A DNA stretch of 59,023 nt from Bdellovibrio sp. (GCA_020723205.1 DYJF01000005.1:1-59023); one strand, 5' to 3'. Positions 41,562 to 51,207 are shown, counted from the first letter of the stretch. Notes: generated by a model from the letters alone, not told the origin. Made by a program: numbers and translations.

Positions 41562-41590
41562 TTGACATATTCTTGATGCTCTGGTACAGC
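41562..41590 (+). promoter_or_regulatory. Sigma70-type promoter of the tRNA pair
   Basis: TTGACA-N17-TACAGC followed by a GC-rich discriminator. Confidence 0.6.
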
Positions 41591-41620
41591 ACGCGCCCGA
41601 TTCGTATGACTTGAAAAATT

Positions 41621-41693
41621 GGGCCGCTAGCTCAGCTGGCAGAGCACCGCCCTTTTAAGGCGGGTGTCCCCAGTTCGAACCTGGGGCGGCTCA
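41621..41693 (+). tRNA. tRNA-Lys(UUU), CCA not encoded
   Basis: gggccgc/gcggctc acceptor, TAGCTCAG D arm, ccgcc-CTTTTAA-ggcgg anticodon arm, GTTCGAAC T loop. Confidence 0.95.
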
Positions 41694-41700
41694 CAGAAAA

Positions 41701-41782
41701 GCAGTCGTAAGTTCTAAGTCGTAAGTCTTAAGAAGAGTTTTTTCCTTGATTCTCTGCTCTTACGACTTAAAACTTACGACTG
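41701..41782. repeat. Inverted pair of 7-bp tandem arrays between the tRNAs
   Basis: agtcgta agttcta agtcgta agtctta ... tacgact taaaact tacgact. Confidence 0.8.
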
Positions 41783-41789
41783 TATTACT

Positions 41790-41862
41790 GTCCCCATCGT
41801 CTAGAGGCCCAGGACACCGCCCTTTCACGGCGGCGGCGGGGGTTCGAATCCCCCTGGGGACG
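41790..41862 (+). tRNA. tRNA-Glu(UUC), CCA not encoded
   Basis: gtcccca/tggggac acceptor, ccgcc-CTTTCAC-ggcgg anticodon arm, GGTTCGAATC T arm. Confidence 0.95.
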
Positions 41863-42101
41863 CAAGGGTTTGAGTAGGACTTAATGTCCTACTCAAACCC
41901 TTCAGTTTTTGGGATGAGAACCGGTGCCGCAAGGCGCCTTGTTCTGACCGAGCGCGGGGACCCAAACGAAGTTTGGGTGCGCGAGGAAATACCCGAAGCG
42001 CGACAGCGCGAAGGGTGGAATCCCCCTGGGGACGCAGACAGGAATTCACGACACCGCAAGGTGTTGGGAATTCCTGTTTAAATTTCGGGGGTGAGAACCG
42101 G
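41846..42101 (+). repeat. tRNA-linked repeat: 19-bp tRNA 3' end duplicated, each copy followed by a hairpin and GGG(A/G)TGAGAACCGG
   Basis: gaatccccctggggacgca at 41846-41864 and 42018-42036; hairpins at 41864-41902 and 42038-42077; motifs at 41911 and 42088. Confidence 0.85.
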
Positions 42102-42164
42102 CGTCTTGTACAAAGAATTCCGCAAAACTTTACAAACGATTATAAATCATAATAATATCTTATC

Positions 42165-42512
42165 ATGGTGACTAAAGCCGAACGCAAAAAGAAAGTGAAC
42201 TGTTGGGAATTTATGAGGTGTGGCAGAGAGCCGGGCGGGGTAAATGCCAGCGAGCTCGGCGTTTGTCCCGCCGCTATCTGCAAAGAAGCGGACGGAATTC
42301 ATGGCGGAATCAATGCCGGACGATGTTGTTGGGTAGTGGCCGGCACCTTTTGTAAGGGCGATATTCAGGGATCATTTGCAAAGAAGATACATGATTGTTT
42401 GGCATGCCCGTTCCATTGCAATGTTATTAATGAGGAGGATGGTGAATATGGTGAAGGTTTCATGCAGTACAAGGAAATTTTTGAGGTGATAAAAAAACGA
42501 TCCAAGGGTTGA
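42165..42512 (+). CDS. Stand-alone two-CW domain, Cys-rich protein
   Basis: NCWEFMRCGRE..CPA..HGG.NAGRCCWVVAGTFC..CLACPF. Confidence 0.8.
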   Translation: MVTKAERKKKVNCWEFMRCGREPGGVNASELGVCPAAICKEADGIHGGINAGRCCWVVAGTFCKGDIQGSFAKKIHDCLACPFHCNVINEEDGEYGEGFMQYKEIFEVIKKRSKG

Positions 42513-42639
42513 TGCTCCAATTGAACCACCCGTCACGAAACCATTTGAATTCGCTCGGTGCGCGGCGTCGCAATTCAGGGGCTTTATGCTGGACAAAATA
42601 TTATGATGGTAGTTAGTTAGCCGTCAAAGGGGAGGGCCC

Positions 42640-43251
42640 ATGAAGATTACCAAGAGAACAGTGACCGTCGTTATCATGGCGATCGTGATGTTCAGCGCTG
42701 CCGCATTCACGGGCTGCGGAGGATCAGATACTTCGACGCCGACGAAGGTCATCTCCACCGATGCCACTGTAAATAAGGGTCTTCTGACGAGCTTCACCGG
42801 ACCGAACTCGGTCACGATATCCGGAACGTGGACGAACACGACATATGGCTCCACAGGCGACGTTACCGTGAACGTGGTATTCGACGCTACGACCAATGTC
42901 GCGACCGTTGTCTTCGACATCGACGGCAACGTCTATGGCGGAACGGACCCCGCTCCGGAAACATTCACACTGAACATGACCGACTTCATAAATAACGGCA
43001 CCGCGACCCTGACCTTTACTTCGGCAGTCTACGGGGATGTCTCCGCGACACTGACCTTCTACACAGATAACACCGGTATCTTTTCAGGCACGGCGACGAA
43101 CGCACCGAATGCATCCGTCACGAACGCCTCCTTTTCCGGCACATTTGAAATAAGCGGTTCGGCTGTCTCTTTCACCATTGACGCGGCGCAATTCGATTTT
43201 AGCGGCGTGAGAATCACTTGCACCAGCAGTTTGACGTCGACGATCAATTAG
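42640..43251 (+). CDS. Thr-rich beta-strand lipoprotein of unknown function
   Basis: Lipoprotein signal ending FTG-CGG; GGAGG RBS. Confidence 0.75.
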   Translation: MKITKRTVTVVIMAIVMFSAAAFTGCGGSDTSTPTKVISTDATVNKGLLTSFTGPNSVTISGTWTNTTYGSTGDVTVNVVFDATTNVATVVFDIDGNVYGGTDPAPETFTLNMTDFINNGTATLTFTSAVYGDVSATLTFYTDNTGIFSGTATNAPNASVTNASFSGTFEISGSAVSFTIDAAQFDFSGVRITCTSSLTSTIN

Positions 43252-43256
43252 GTCTT

Positions 43257-43652
43257 ATGGAGAGCCCTCTGGCAAACACCTATAAGAACAAGATATGGGA
43301 CGTGTACGCGCATGCCGTCTCGACGATAAGCATTCTGGCACTCGTGGTAGCATTTGTAATAGGCGCCTACGACCTCGTTAAACTGGCCTTTCCCGCTTTT
43401 ACGCTCAACTCGGCCCTGCACGAAAAGTACCGGACCAATGAGTCATACACCGAGTTCGGCACATTCAAAAAGGAACTCTCCGAAGATAAGATATCCCGTG
43501 AGCGAACAGCGAACTATGATAAGTTGGTGAGAATGGAGCGGCGCGACGCGCTACAGCGTCTCGTCAAAGTTGCTTCGGCCGTTATTGTCATCGCGATCTT
43601 GAACGGCGCACTTGTGCTTATAGGCCGCAAGAGATCCGAGCGGACCCCCTGA
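43257..43652 (+). CDS. Two-TM membrane protein of unknown function
   Basis: Two hydrophobic segments flanking a polar loop; start likely ATG 43257. Confidence 0.6.
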   Translation: MESPLANTYKNKIWDVYAHAVSTISILALVVAFVIGAYDLVKLAFPAFTLNSALHEKYRTNESYTEFGTFKKELSEDKISRERTANYDKLVRMERRDALQRLVKVASAVIVIAILNGALVLIGRKRSERTP

Positions 43653-43756
43653 TATGCGGATGGCAATGCTTTGGAATTAGAACCGCCTATTATATTTTTG
43701 ACACTGGGGCCAAATTAGTGCTATTTACGCTTTAATCATCGGAAAAAGGGGGAAAT

Positions 43757-44308
43757 ATGAAAAAAATGGCGATGTGGGGATTCGCGGCGGTATCGGTCTT
43801 GTTCGTTGCCGCATGCGGCGGAGGGGGCAGCGGTATCTCGGTGACCTGTGCCCCGGGCACTTTGTCTCCGATAACCGACGTAACTGGCAGCTGGCAGGTA
43901 GCGGTCACGAATATTGTCTCGACGTGTCCCACGCCTCCGAACTGGATAACATGCAATGTCACGCTGCAGCAGAATGACGGCGGCGAGGTCAGTCTGACCT
44001 CATCAAACAACTGCAGTGTGAACATAACCGTTGAGGGCCAAACGGTGACGAGCTCCGATTATACGTCCATCAGCGGTTTCGGAGGAGCGGTGGACGGCAC
44101 CACTTTTTACTGGCTGGCAAACCTAAGGACGGCCATTGACGAAGAGGGATTCTCGTACGAGGAGACCGATTCCGTGACCTGCGATACCATCACAAGTTTT
44201 GGTGACGGTTCGACATCGGAGATAGCCACGACAACGACATATTCAAGCAGCATCGCCGGCGATGGCACCTGCACGGGCACGGCGACCGTGACGTTCACGC
44301 AGATATAG
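43757..44308 (+). CDS. Thr/Cys-rich lipoprotein of unknown function
   Basis: Lipoprotein signal ending VAA-CGGGG. Confidence 0.75.
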   Translation: MKKMAMWGFAAVSVLFVAACGGGGSGISVTCAPGTLSPITDVTGSWQVAVTNIVSTCPTPPNWITCNVTLQQNDGGEVSLTSSNNCSVNITVEGQTVTSSDYTSISGFGGAVDGTTFYWLANLRTAIDEEGFSYEETDSVTCDTITSFGDGSTSEIATTTTYSSSIAGDGTCTGTATVTFTQI

Positions 44309-44336
44309 AAAACGGTCTGAAAAGATCAGTCGAAGC

Positions 44337-44369
44337 AGAACGGCCGGCCTTGCGCCGGCCGTTCTTTTT
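44337..44369 (+). terminator. Intrinsic terminator
   Basis: agaacggccggc cttgc gccggccgttct tttt. Confidence 0.85.
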
Positions 44370-44429
44370 AGGTTTGTGTGAGACAAAACCGCGACAGGTC
44401 CGCATTTGAACGGCCTTTCCAGAAACCTT

Positions 44430-44459
44430 TTGACGGGATTGCCATCGATTTGCTATAAT
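44430..44459 (+). promoter_or_regulatory. Near-consensus sigma70 promoter with extended -10
   Basis: TTGACG-N18-TATAAT with TGn immediately upstream of the -10. Confidence 0.75.
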
Positions 44460-44465
44460 AATGCT

Positions 44466-44565
44466 AACCGAGCGAGAAGTGAGGGAAGCGCCACCGTAAA
44501 TGCCCCGTAGAAGGGGTAATATGAATGGAGGAATTGGCCGCCCGAACTCAACGCTCGGTTTTTTT
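44466..44565 (+). ncRNA. Candidate rod-shaped small RNA of about 100 nt, family unknown
   Basis: Starts 7 nt after TATAAT; AACCGAGCG/CGCTCGGTT closing stem, inner stems GCGCCA/TGGCCGC and GCCCC/GGGGT, U tract. Confidence 0.6.
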
Positions 44566-45718
44566 ATCTTCGCGGTCTTCGAAATGCTGCAGCAAAAAAT
44601 CCGTCCATTGACCCTATCGCAGGGTCCGTCCTGAAGTTATCGCCGTCCTTTTCCCAGAAAAAAGTCCTCCGGAACCAATCGGCGACGTCCTCGTTCTCGT
44701 CGGGAAGGACGCTGCACGTAACATAGACAAGTCGCCCTCCCCTTTTCACAAGTTTTGACGCGTCCGCAAGTATCTCTTTTTGCTCCTTAACGCGCCGCGA
44801 GATATCCCCCATGGAGAGCCGCCATTTTATGTCGGGATTTCGTTTCAGCGTTCCGGTACCGCTGCACGGGGCGTCGACAAGGACGATGTCCGCCTTTCCC
44901 TCAAGATCTTTTTTCAATCTATCAACGGGAAGTATCTGAACGTTGTCGGCACCGGCGATCCTTGCGCGCTCCTTAAGCAGCGTCAATTTTCGTCTTTCGA
45001 TGTCGGACGCTATTATCCTTCCGTTCCCGTTCATCAGCATCGCAAGAAGAAGCGCCTTGCCGCCGGCCCCTGCGCAGTAATCTACGACAAGATCATCGCC
45101 CTTAGGGGCAACAAAAAGACCGACCATCTGGCTACCCTCGTCCTGAACCTCGAAGAGGCCTTCCTTGAACGAAACGAGTGAGGCAAGGTTTATACGTTCC
45201 GGAAGTATCAGACCAAAGGGAGAACTTTCTGTCCGAATTGAAGCAACGCCTTCACGCGCGAGCACCTCTATGAGCCCGTCACGGTCGATCTTTAAGGTAT
45301 TGGCCCTGATGACGAGCTTCCCGCCGCCATTCATGGCTGATGCGATCAGAGCCGCACGCTCCTTTCCAAAACCCCTTACGAGCCGGCTATAAATATGGTC
45401 CGGAAAGGAGAAAATAATGGCCGGCTCGCTGAACATCGTTTTTGCGTCGATCTCGATCGCGCTCACCCTTTTCAGGAACTCCTCGATCCTCTGCCGAGGA
45501 GAAGGATTTCTTATGCCGTCCGCGAATAATATGGCGTCTATGGTCCTTTGCCAGCGCATCAGACCGAAGAGGGTATCGGATATGAACCTCCTCTGCTTAG
45601 AACCGATAGCAGGATTCTTTCTGAAGAAAGATTTGAGCATCCTGTCCAAAGGCCCGGGCTCTATCTCAAAGGCCCGGAGGATGGCCTCCATATTCCGGAC
45701 CGCGGCTTTATTCTCCAT
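44564..45718 (-). CDS. RsmB/NOP2-family RNA m5C methyltransferase
   Basis: FEVQDEGSQ, DYCAGAGGK, LVDAPCSGTG, YVTCS..ENE. Confidence 0.9.
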   Translation of the reverse strand: MENKAAVRNMEAILRAFEIEPGPLDRMLKSFFRKNPAIGSKQRRFISDTLFGLMRWQRTIDAILFADGIRNPSPRQRIEEFLKRVSAIEIDAKTMFSEPAIIFSFPDHIYSRLVRGFGKERAALIASAMNGGGKLVIRANTLKIDRDGLIEVLAREGVASIRTESSPFGLILPERINLASLVSFKEGLFEVQDEGSQMVGLFVAPKGDDLVVDYCAGAGGKALLLAMLMNGNGRIIASDIERRKLTLLKERARIAGADNVQILPVDRLKKDLEGKADIVLVDAPCSGTGTLKRNPDIKWRLSMGDISRRVKEQKEILADASKLVKRGGRLVYVTCSVLPDENEDVADWFRRTFFWEKDGDNFRTDPAIGSMDGFFAAAFRRPRR

Positions 45719-45781
45719 AACGTATGGAGAGAAACGCACTTTAGTTGACTATGTCAAGAAAAGCGTGCTAATGCCGCCCCG

Positions 45782-46393
45782 ATGCACCACTCATTCATTG
45801 ATAGATACAGCGGTCTTGACAGCCCGATACACCGGCTCGACCCGCGCATCAAGATCCCGGCGGCCGTTCTGGCCATCATTACGATTGTTGCCACGCCACC
45901 GGCGTTCACTCCGTTCGCGATATACGGAGCCGTCGCGCTGGCCCTCTGGATAGCTTCCAAACTGCCATTTCGCTACCTGCTCTCCAGAATTGCGATCACT
46001 TTGCCCTTCGTCGCCGTAATGACACTGGGAATCGCCTTCGGACGATGGCAACTGTTCATCTTCACATTGATGAGGGCGGTCCTTTCACTTTGTTTTTTGA
46101 TCCTTTTGACCTCGACAACACAATTTCCCTTACTTTTGGAGGGATTACGTCGGTACAGGTTACCTGAAGTATTACATTCACTATTGTCTTTTATGTATCG
46201 ATTTATCTATATAATTATAGATGAGTTCCACAGATTGAACCGCGGCCGTCAGTCGAGGGAAACGGGTGGTCAATTGAAGCTTTCATGGCGCGGCCGCGGA
46301 TGGATGCTTGGCACCTTTCTTATAAGGAGCATTGAACGTTCCGAAAGGGTTTATTCCGCCATGCTAGCGAGGGGTTATGCATATCGCCGTTAA
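45782..46393 (+). CDS. ECF transporter T component (CbiQ/NikQ-like)
   Basis: SPIHRLDPRIK, FMYRFI, RSERVYSAMLARGY. Confidence 0.88.
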   Translation: MHHSFIDRYSGLDSPIHRLDPRIKIPAAVLAIITIVATPPAFTPFAIYGAVALALWIASKLPFRYLLSRIAITLPFVAVMTLGIAFGRWQLFIFTLMRAVLSLCFLILLTSTTQFPLLLEGLRRYRLPEVLHSLLSFMYRFIYIIIDEFHRLNRGRQSRETGGQLKLSWRGRGWMLGTFLIRSIERSERVYSAMLARGYAYRR

Positions 46394-47072
46394 CGGTCTG
46401 AATTACAGCTATCCGGACGGGCACAAGGCGCTCCACGACATTTCTCTCAATGTCTCCCGCGGTGAAAAGGTGGCTCTCGTGGGATCGAACGGGGCCGGCA
46501 AGTCCACACTCCTTTTGCATCTCAACGGTATACTGCGGGGAGACGGAAACATAACGATAGAAGGCGTCGAGTTGAGGGACGATACTATCAATGCGATCCG
46601 TAAGAAGGTCGGCATCATCTTTCAGGACCCGAACGACCAACTCTTCTGCCCCACCGTCAGAGACGACGTTGCTTTCGGTCCTGAACACTTCGGGCTCGAC
46701 GCCAGCTCTGTAGACGAAATCGTAGCCCGCTCCCTGTCCCATGTCGCCATGGGACACGCGGCGAACCGCGCTGCCCACCACTTGAGCTTGGGGGAGCGAA
46801 AGAGGGTCTCCATAGCCGCCGTTCTGGCGTGCGCGCCGGAGATACTCATCTTCGACGAACCGGCCGCGATGCTCGATCCCAGACGCAAGCGCGAGATGAT
46901 ATCGTTCATCAAAGGTTCCAACCGGACGGTGATCATAGCGACGCACGACCCGGACTTCGCCGTTCAAACCACTTCGCGATGTGTAATCATGGACAGGGGA
47001 AGAATCGTGGCTGAAGGAGACAGCAAAAGCATCTTAAACGACAGCGAGCTGCTCTCTTCGCACGGACTGTGA
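46377..47072 (+). CDS. ECF transporter ATPase (CbiO/NikO-like)
   Basis: GSNGAGKST, FQDPNDQLF, DVAFGP, LSLGERKR, FDEP. Confidence 0.9.
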   Translation: MHIAVNGLNYSYPDGHKALHDISLNVSRGEKVALVGSNGAGKSTLLLHLNGILRGDGNITIEGVELRDDTINAIRKKVGIIFQDPNDQLFCPTVRDDVAFGPEHFGLDASSVDEIVARSLSHVAMGHAANRAAHHLSLGERKRVSIAAVLACAPEILIFDEPAAMLDPRRKREMISFIKGSNRTVIIATHDPDFAVQTTSRCVIMDRGRIVAEGDSKSILNDSELLSSHGL

Positions 47073-48365
47073 TCAGGAAAACGGGTTCTTAAGCATTATG
47101 TGAGCGCTCCGCTCATACCCCACAGATATGATAGATACCGGGATCCCCGCTATCTCGCGGATGCGGTTCACATAATTTTGCGTTGTTTTCGGAAGCGCCT
47201 CGAACTTCCTGACCGAAGAGATGTCCTCTCTCCAGCCGGGCATGTCCTCGTAGACGGGCTCGCAACGTTTTAGATCATCCCCTGACGAAGGAAGATGGTC
47301 TATACGTACGCCGTCAAGCTCATAACCGACACAGATCCTTAGAGGGTCAATTCCAGTGAGCACATCGAGCTTCGTGACCGCAAGCATAGTGAGCCCGTTG
47401 ACCCTCTTGGCGTATTTCAAGATGACGGAATCGAACCAGCCGCAGCGGCGTTTTCTGCCGGTGGTGGCCCCGAATTCCTTGCCCTTGAGCTGCAGCTCCT
47501 CTCCTATCCTTCCCTTTTCCTCCGTCGGGAAAGGACCTTCGCCCACCCTCGTCGTGTAGGCCTTCACGATACCCAGCACGTCGTCGATCACCGTAGGACC
47601 AACGCCCGAACCGCAACACGCGGAACCCGCTATCGTGTTCGAAGATGTGACAAAGGGGTAGGTGCCGTGGTCGATGTCCAGGACCGTGCCCTGCGCACCT
47701 TCGAAAAGAACCTTATTGCCGGAACTGATGTACTTATCCAGCAGAAGGGACGTGTCCGCGGCATGATGCGACAATCGTTTGCGCCAGCCGTCCGCTTCCG
47801 CCATTAGGGCGTTCATGTCCACCGGATGACCGCCCAGAATCTCGATCAGCCGGTTCTTCTCCGGCAGGACCTGTTCCAAGCGCCTTTTGAAGACGGCCTC
47901 GTCTAACATATCGCCGAACCTTATCCCCTGCCGCGCCGCCTTGTCCTCATAGGTTGGACCGATGCCCCGCCCGGTGGTCCCGATGCGGGCGCTCCCCAGC
48001 TTCTCTTCGCGCAGCTTATCTATCTGCCTGTGGTACGGCATGACAAGATGTGCGTTCCTGCTTATCGCAAGCATCCTGGGGTCCTTGAGATACCCCTGAC
48101 TGTGGAGCCCTTCGATCTCGTCGATCAATACATCGGGATCGAGGACCACGCCGTTACCGATCATACAAAGGCAGCCAGAGTGCAAAACGCCCGAGGGTAC
48201 GAGATGAAGGATCGTCTTCGTGTCGCCTATCACAACGGTATGGCCCGCGTTGGCTCCGCCCTGATAACGCACGACCGCGTCAACGGAGGGTGTTAGAAGA
48301 TCTATGATCCTCCCCTTCCCTTCATCGCCCCACTGCGCACCCACCACAACAACGTTGTTGGACAT
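47073..48365 (-). CDS. purA: Adenylosuccinate synthetase
   Basis: GAQWGDEGKG, GGANAGHT, HGTYPFVTSS, EFGATTGRKRRCGW. Confidence 0.98.
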   Translation of the reverse strand: MSNNVVVVGAQWGDEGKGRIIDLLTPSVDAVVRYQGGANAGHTVVIGDTKTILHLVPSGVLHSGCLCMIGNGVVLDPDVLIDEIEGLHSQGYLKDPRMLAISRNAHLVMPYHRQIDKLREEKLGSARIGTTGRGIGPTYEDKAARQGIRFGDMLDEAVFKRRLEQVLPEKNRLIEILGGHPVDMNALMAEADGWRKRLSHHAADTSLLLDKYISSGNKVLFEGAQGTVLDIDHGTYPFVTSSNTIAGSACCGSGVGPTVIDDVLGIVKAYTTRVGEGPFPTEEKGRIGEELQLKGKEFGATTGRKRRCGWFDSVILKYAKRVNGLTMLAVTKLDVLTGIDPLRICVGYELDGVRIDHLPSSGDDLKRCEPVYEDMPGWREDISSVRKFEALPKTTQNYVNRIREIAGIPVSIISVGYERSAHIMLKNPFS

Positions 48366-48367
48366 TC

Positions 48368-48404
48368 TCTACCTCCCCCGAACCCCTCCTTACAAAGGAG
48401 GGGA
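48368..48404. repeat. REP-like palindrome (CCCCTCCTT..AAGGAGGGG family)
   Basis: tctacctcccccgaacccctccttacaaaggagggga. Confidence 0.7.
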
Positions 48405-48412
48405 ATAATCTG

Positions 48413-49327
48413 TTACGACATGAATTTCTCGAGTATCGCCTTTTGTATGTGCAGACGGTTCTCCGCCTGATCGAAAATGCGCGACTGCGGGCCGTCCATC
48501 ACCTCGTCGGTGATCTCCTCTCCGCGGTGCGCAGGCAGACAATGCAGTACGAACGCGTCCTTTTTGGCGAGCGCAAGCATTTTCGAGTTCACCTGATAAG
48601 GATGGAAGGTCTCCTTCTTTTCCTTTTCGCCGGCGCCCTCCTGCCCCATGCTCACCCAAGTGTCGGTGTTTATGACGTCCACACCCCTGAACGCGGCTTC
48701 CGGATCGCTCGTGACGGTGATGTTGGGATAGCCGCCCTGCTTCACCTTTCCAAGAACGAGCGCCTCCGGCTCGTATCCCTTGGGGGTCGAGATCGTGAGC
48801 TTGAAGCCGAGTATGATTGCGGCGGTGATCCATGTATTGGCCATGTTGTTGCCGTCTCCTATGTAGGAGATATGAAGCGGCCTTATGTTTCCGCGGTTTT
48901 CCGTGACGGTCATGAGGTCGGCCAGCGCCTGACACGGGTGATAAAGGTCGGTCAATCCGTTGATGACCGGCACTTGGGACGTCTTCGCCATCTTTTCGAT
49001 GCGCGTCTGCTCGAAGGTGCGGACCATTATCCCGTCGACGTAACGCGAAAGCACGCTCGCCGTGTCCTCATATGTCTCCCCGCGTCCCAGCTGCGAGGCC
49101 TCTGACGTGATGTTCAAAGCGTGGCCGCCGAGATCGTACATGGCCACTTCGAACGAAACACGCGTGCGCGTGGAGGATTTTTCAAAGACCATTGCGAGGG
49201 TCTTTCCCTTGAGCGGACGGTGCTCCTTGCCCGACCTTTTCATCTTCTTGAGCCACACACCGCGCTCCAGAAGCGCGCCGATCTCATCTGACGTCAGATC
49301 GAACAGCGAAAGAAGGTGTCTGGGCAT
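48413..49327 (-). CDS. argF: Ornithine carbamoyltransferase
   Basis: FEKSSTRTR, HPCQ, WVSMG, HCLP, QAENRLH. Confidence 0.96.
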   Translation of the reverse strand: MPRHLLSLFDLTSDEIGALLERGVWLKKMKRSGKEHRPLKGKTLAMVFEKSSTRTRVSFEVAMYDLGGHALNITSEASQLGRGETYEDTASVLSRYVDGIMVRTFEQTRIEKMAKTSQVPVINGLTDLYHPCQALADLMTVTENRGNIRPLHISYIGDGNNMANTWITAAIILGFKLTISTPKGYEPEALVLGKVKQGGYPNITVTSDPEAAFRGVDVINTDTWVSMGQEGAGEKEKKETFHPYQVNSKMLALAKKDAFVLHCLPAHRGEEITDEVMDGPQSRIFDQAENRLHIQKAILEKFMS

Positions 49328-49336
49328 TTGTCCTCC

Positions 49337-50677
49337 CTATAAGATATATCTGCTAAGGTCCCTGTTCTTCACAATATCTGAAAGCGCGCTCACGACATAA
49401 TGACGGTCTATGATCACTTTCTCCCTGCCCTTTTCAGGCGCCGTGAAGGATATCTCCTCTAAAAGCTTTTCCATCACAGTGTGCAGCCGTCTGGCGCCGA
49501 TGTCCTCCATCTGGGAGTTCACCTCCGCCGCGATCTGGCAGATCTCCTTCAACGCCTCGTCGCCGAAGGACATGTCTATCCCCTCGGTCCTCATCATCGC
49601 GACGTACTGTTTCGTGAGAGAGTTGTCCGGCTCCGTCAATATTCTGTAGAATTCATCTTTGCCCAAAGAATCAAGCTCTACGCGAATGGGAAAGCGGCCC
49701 TGAAGCTCCGGGATAAGATCTGAGGGCTTCGTGGCATGAAAAGCGCCGGCGGCTATAAACAGCACGTGGTCGGTCCTGACCATTCCGTGCTTGGTGGCGA
49801 CCGTCGAACCTTCGATAATGGGGAGGATGTCGCGCTGCACGCCTTCGCGGGAAACGTCGGGGCCGTAGCGGCCTTCGCCTGATCTGGATGCGATCTTGTC
49901 TATCTCGTCTAAAAAAACAATGCCGTTCTGCTCGACCTTCTCTATCGCCTGTTTGATGACGGCTTCCATGTCTATGAGGCGGGAGGCCTCCTCTTGCGAG
50001 AGTATTTCCATGGCCTCTGCGACCTTGACGCGTTTTTTCTTAGGGCCCTTGGGCATGAAGCTGGAAAAAAGATCGCGAAGATTCGTTCCCATCTCCTCGA
50101 GACTCGTGGCGGCTACGACCTCTATGGAGGGCATCTGCGGTTTCGGCGGCTCGGGCATGAGCTCGACGTATTTGCCGTCCAGTTTTCCCCCTCGCAGAAG
50201 TTTTCGCAGTTCTTCCCTCGCCTCTTCGGGCGACTTCGCCTCTTCAAACTCCTTGGACATCTTGGGGAGCAATATATCGAGCACCTTCTCCTCGGCCATC
50301 TCCTGGGCCCTGACCTGCACCCGTTTCGTCTCATCCTCACGCACCATCTTGACAGCGATGTCGGTAAGTTCGCGGATTATCGATTCGACGTCCTTTCCGA
50401 CATAGCCCACCTCGGTGAACTTGGAGGCCTCTACCTTGATGAACGGGGCCTGCGCGAGCCGCGCAAGACGCCTCGCGATCTCCGTTTTCCCGACTCCCGT
50501 GGGCCCTATCATGATGATATTCTTGGGGACTATCTCGTCCCTGAGCGGGGGTGACACCTGCTGGCGGCGCCACCTGTTGCGAAGCGCGATAGCGACCGCC
50601 TTCTTCGCCTTGTTCTGTCCGACTATGAACCGGTCCAGTTCGGACACTATCTCTCTGGGCGTAAAATTCGCGGTCAT
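49337..50677 (-). CDS. hslU: HslUV protease ATPase subunit
   Basis: [34 protein letters not shown]. Confidence 0.98.
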   Translation of the reverse strand: MTANFTPREIVSELDRFIVGQNKAKKAVAIALRNRWRRQQVSPPLRDEIVPKNIIMIGPTGVGKTEIARRLARLAQAPFIKVEASKFTEVGYVGKDVESIIRELTDIAVKMVREDETKRVQVRAQEMAEEKVLDILLPKMSKEFEEAKSPEEAREELRKLLRGGKLDGKYVELMPEPPKPQMPSIEVVAATSLEEMGTNLRDLFSSFMPKGPKKKRVKVAEAMEILSQEEASRLIDMEAVIKQAIEKVEQNGIVFLDEIDKIASRSGEGRYGPDVSREGVQRDILPIIEGSTVATKHGMVRTDHVLFIAAGAFHATKPSDLIPELQGRFPIRVELDSLGKDEFYRILTEPDNSLTKQYVAMMRTEGIDMSFGDEALKEICQIAAEVNSQMEDIGARRLHTVMEKLLEEISFTAPEKGREKVIIDRHYVVSALSDIVKNRDLSRYIL

Positions 50678-50679
50678 CC

Positions 50680-51207
50680 CTAGATAACCTCTGTGTTTAT
50701 TTTGTCGTTCGTGAACACGCAGATCTCCGATGCGACCTTCATCGCCTCTTCTACGATCTTTTTCGCCGGCAGGTCAGAGTGGCGCATGAGCGCCCGTGCT
50801 GAAGCCAGCGCATACGGCCCTCCGGAGCCGATGGCCGCTACGCCGTCGTCCGGCTCAAGGACATCGCCGTTACCAGAGATCGTAAAAGTGTTCTCTTTGT
50901 CCGCAACGATCATCATCGCCTCGAGGCGGCGCAGGATCCTGTCGGTGCGCCAGTCCTTTGCAAGTTCAACCGCCGCACGCGTGAGATTTCCGCGATGTTC
51001 CTCCAGCTTGCCTTCGAACTTCTCGAAGAGAGTGAACGCATCGGCGGCGGAACCGGCAAAGCCCGCTATCACCTTGCCGTCCCCCATCGTGCGCACCTTG
51101 TTGGCGGTGCTCTTCATCACAGTGTTGTTGAAGCTCACCTGCCCGTCGCCGGCTATCGCCACTTCGCCGTTCCTCCGGACACACAGTATCGTCGTTGCAT
51201 GGAACAT
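50680..51207 (-). CDS. hslV: HslUV protease peptidase subunit
   Basis: HATTIL catalytic Thr, GDGQV, KDWRTD, AIGSGG. Confidence 0.98.
   Translation of the reverse strand: MFHATTILCVRRNGEVAIAGDGQVSFNNTVMKSTANKVRTMGDGKVIAGFAGSAADAFTLFEKFEGKLEEHRGNLTRAAVELAKDWRTDRILRRLEAMMIVADKENTFTISGNGDVLEPDDGVAAIGSGGPYALASARALMRHSDLPAKKIVEEAMKVASEICVFTNDKINTEVI

Noticed and set aside
41701-42101. Possible CRISPR array
   Set aside because: There are only two copies of a tRNA-derived repeat plus short tandem heptamers; no regular repeat-spacer pattern and no cas genes.
44466-44565. Assignment of the small RNA as SRP 4.5S RNA
   Set aside because: Size and rod shape fit, but the conserved CAGG...GGAA...AGCA domain IV motif is absent on both strands.
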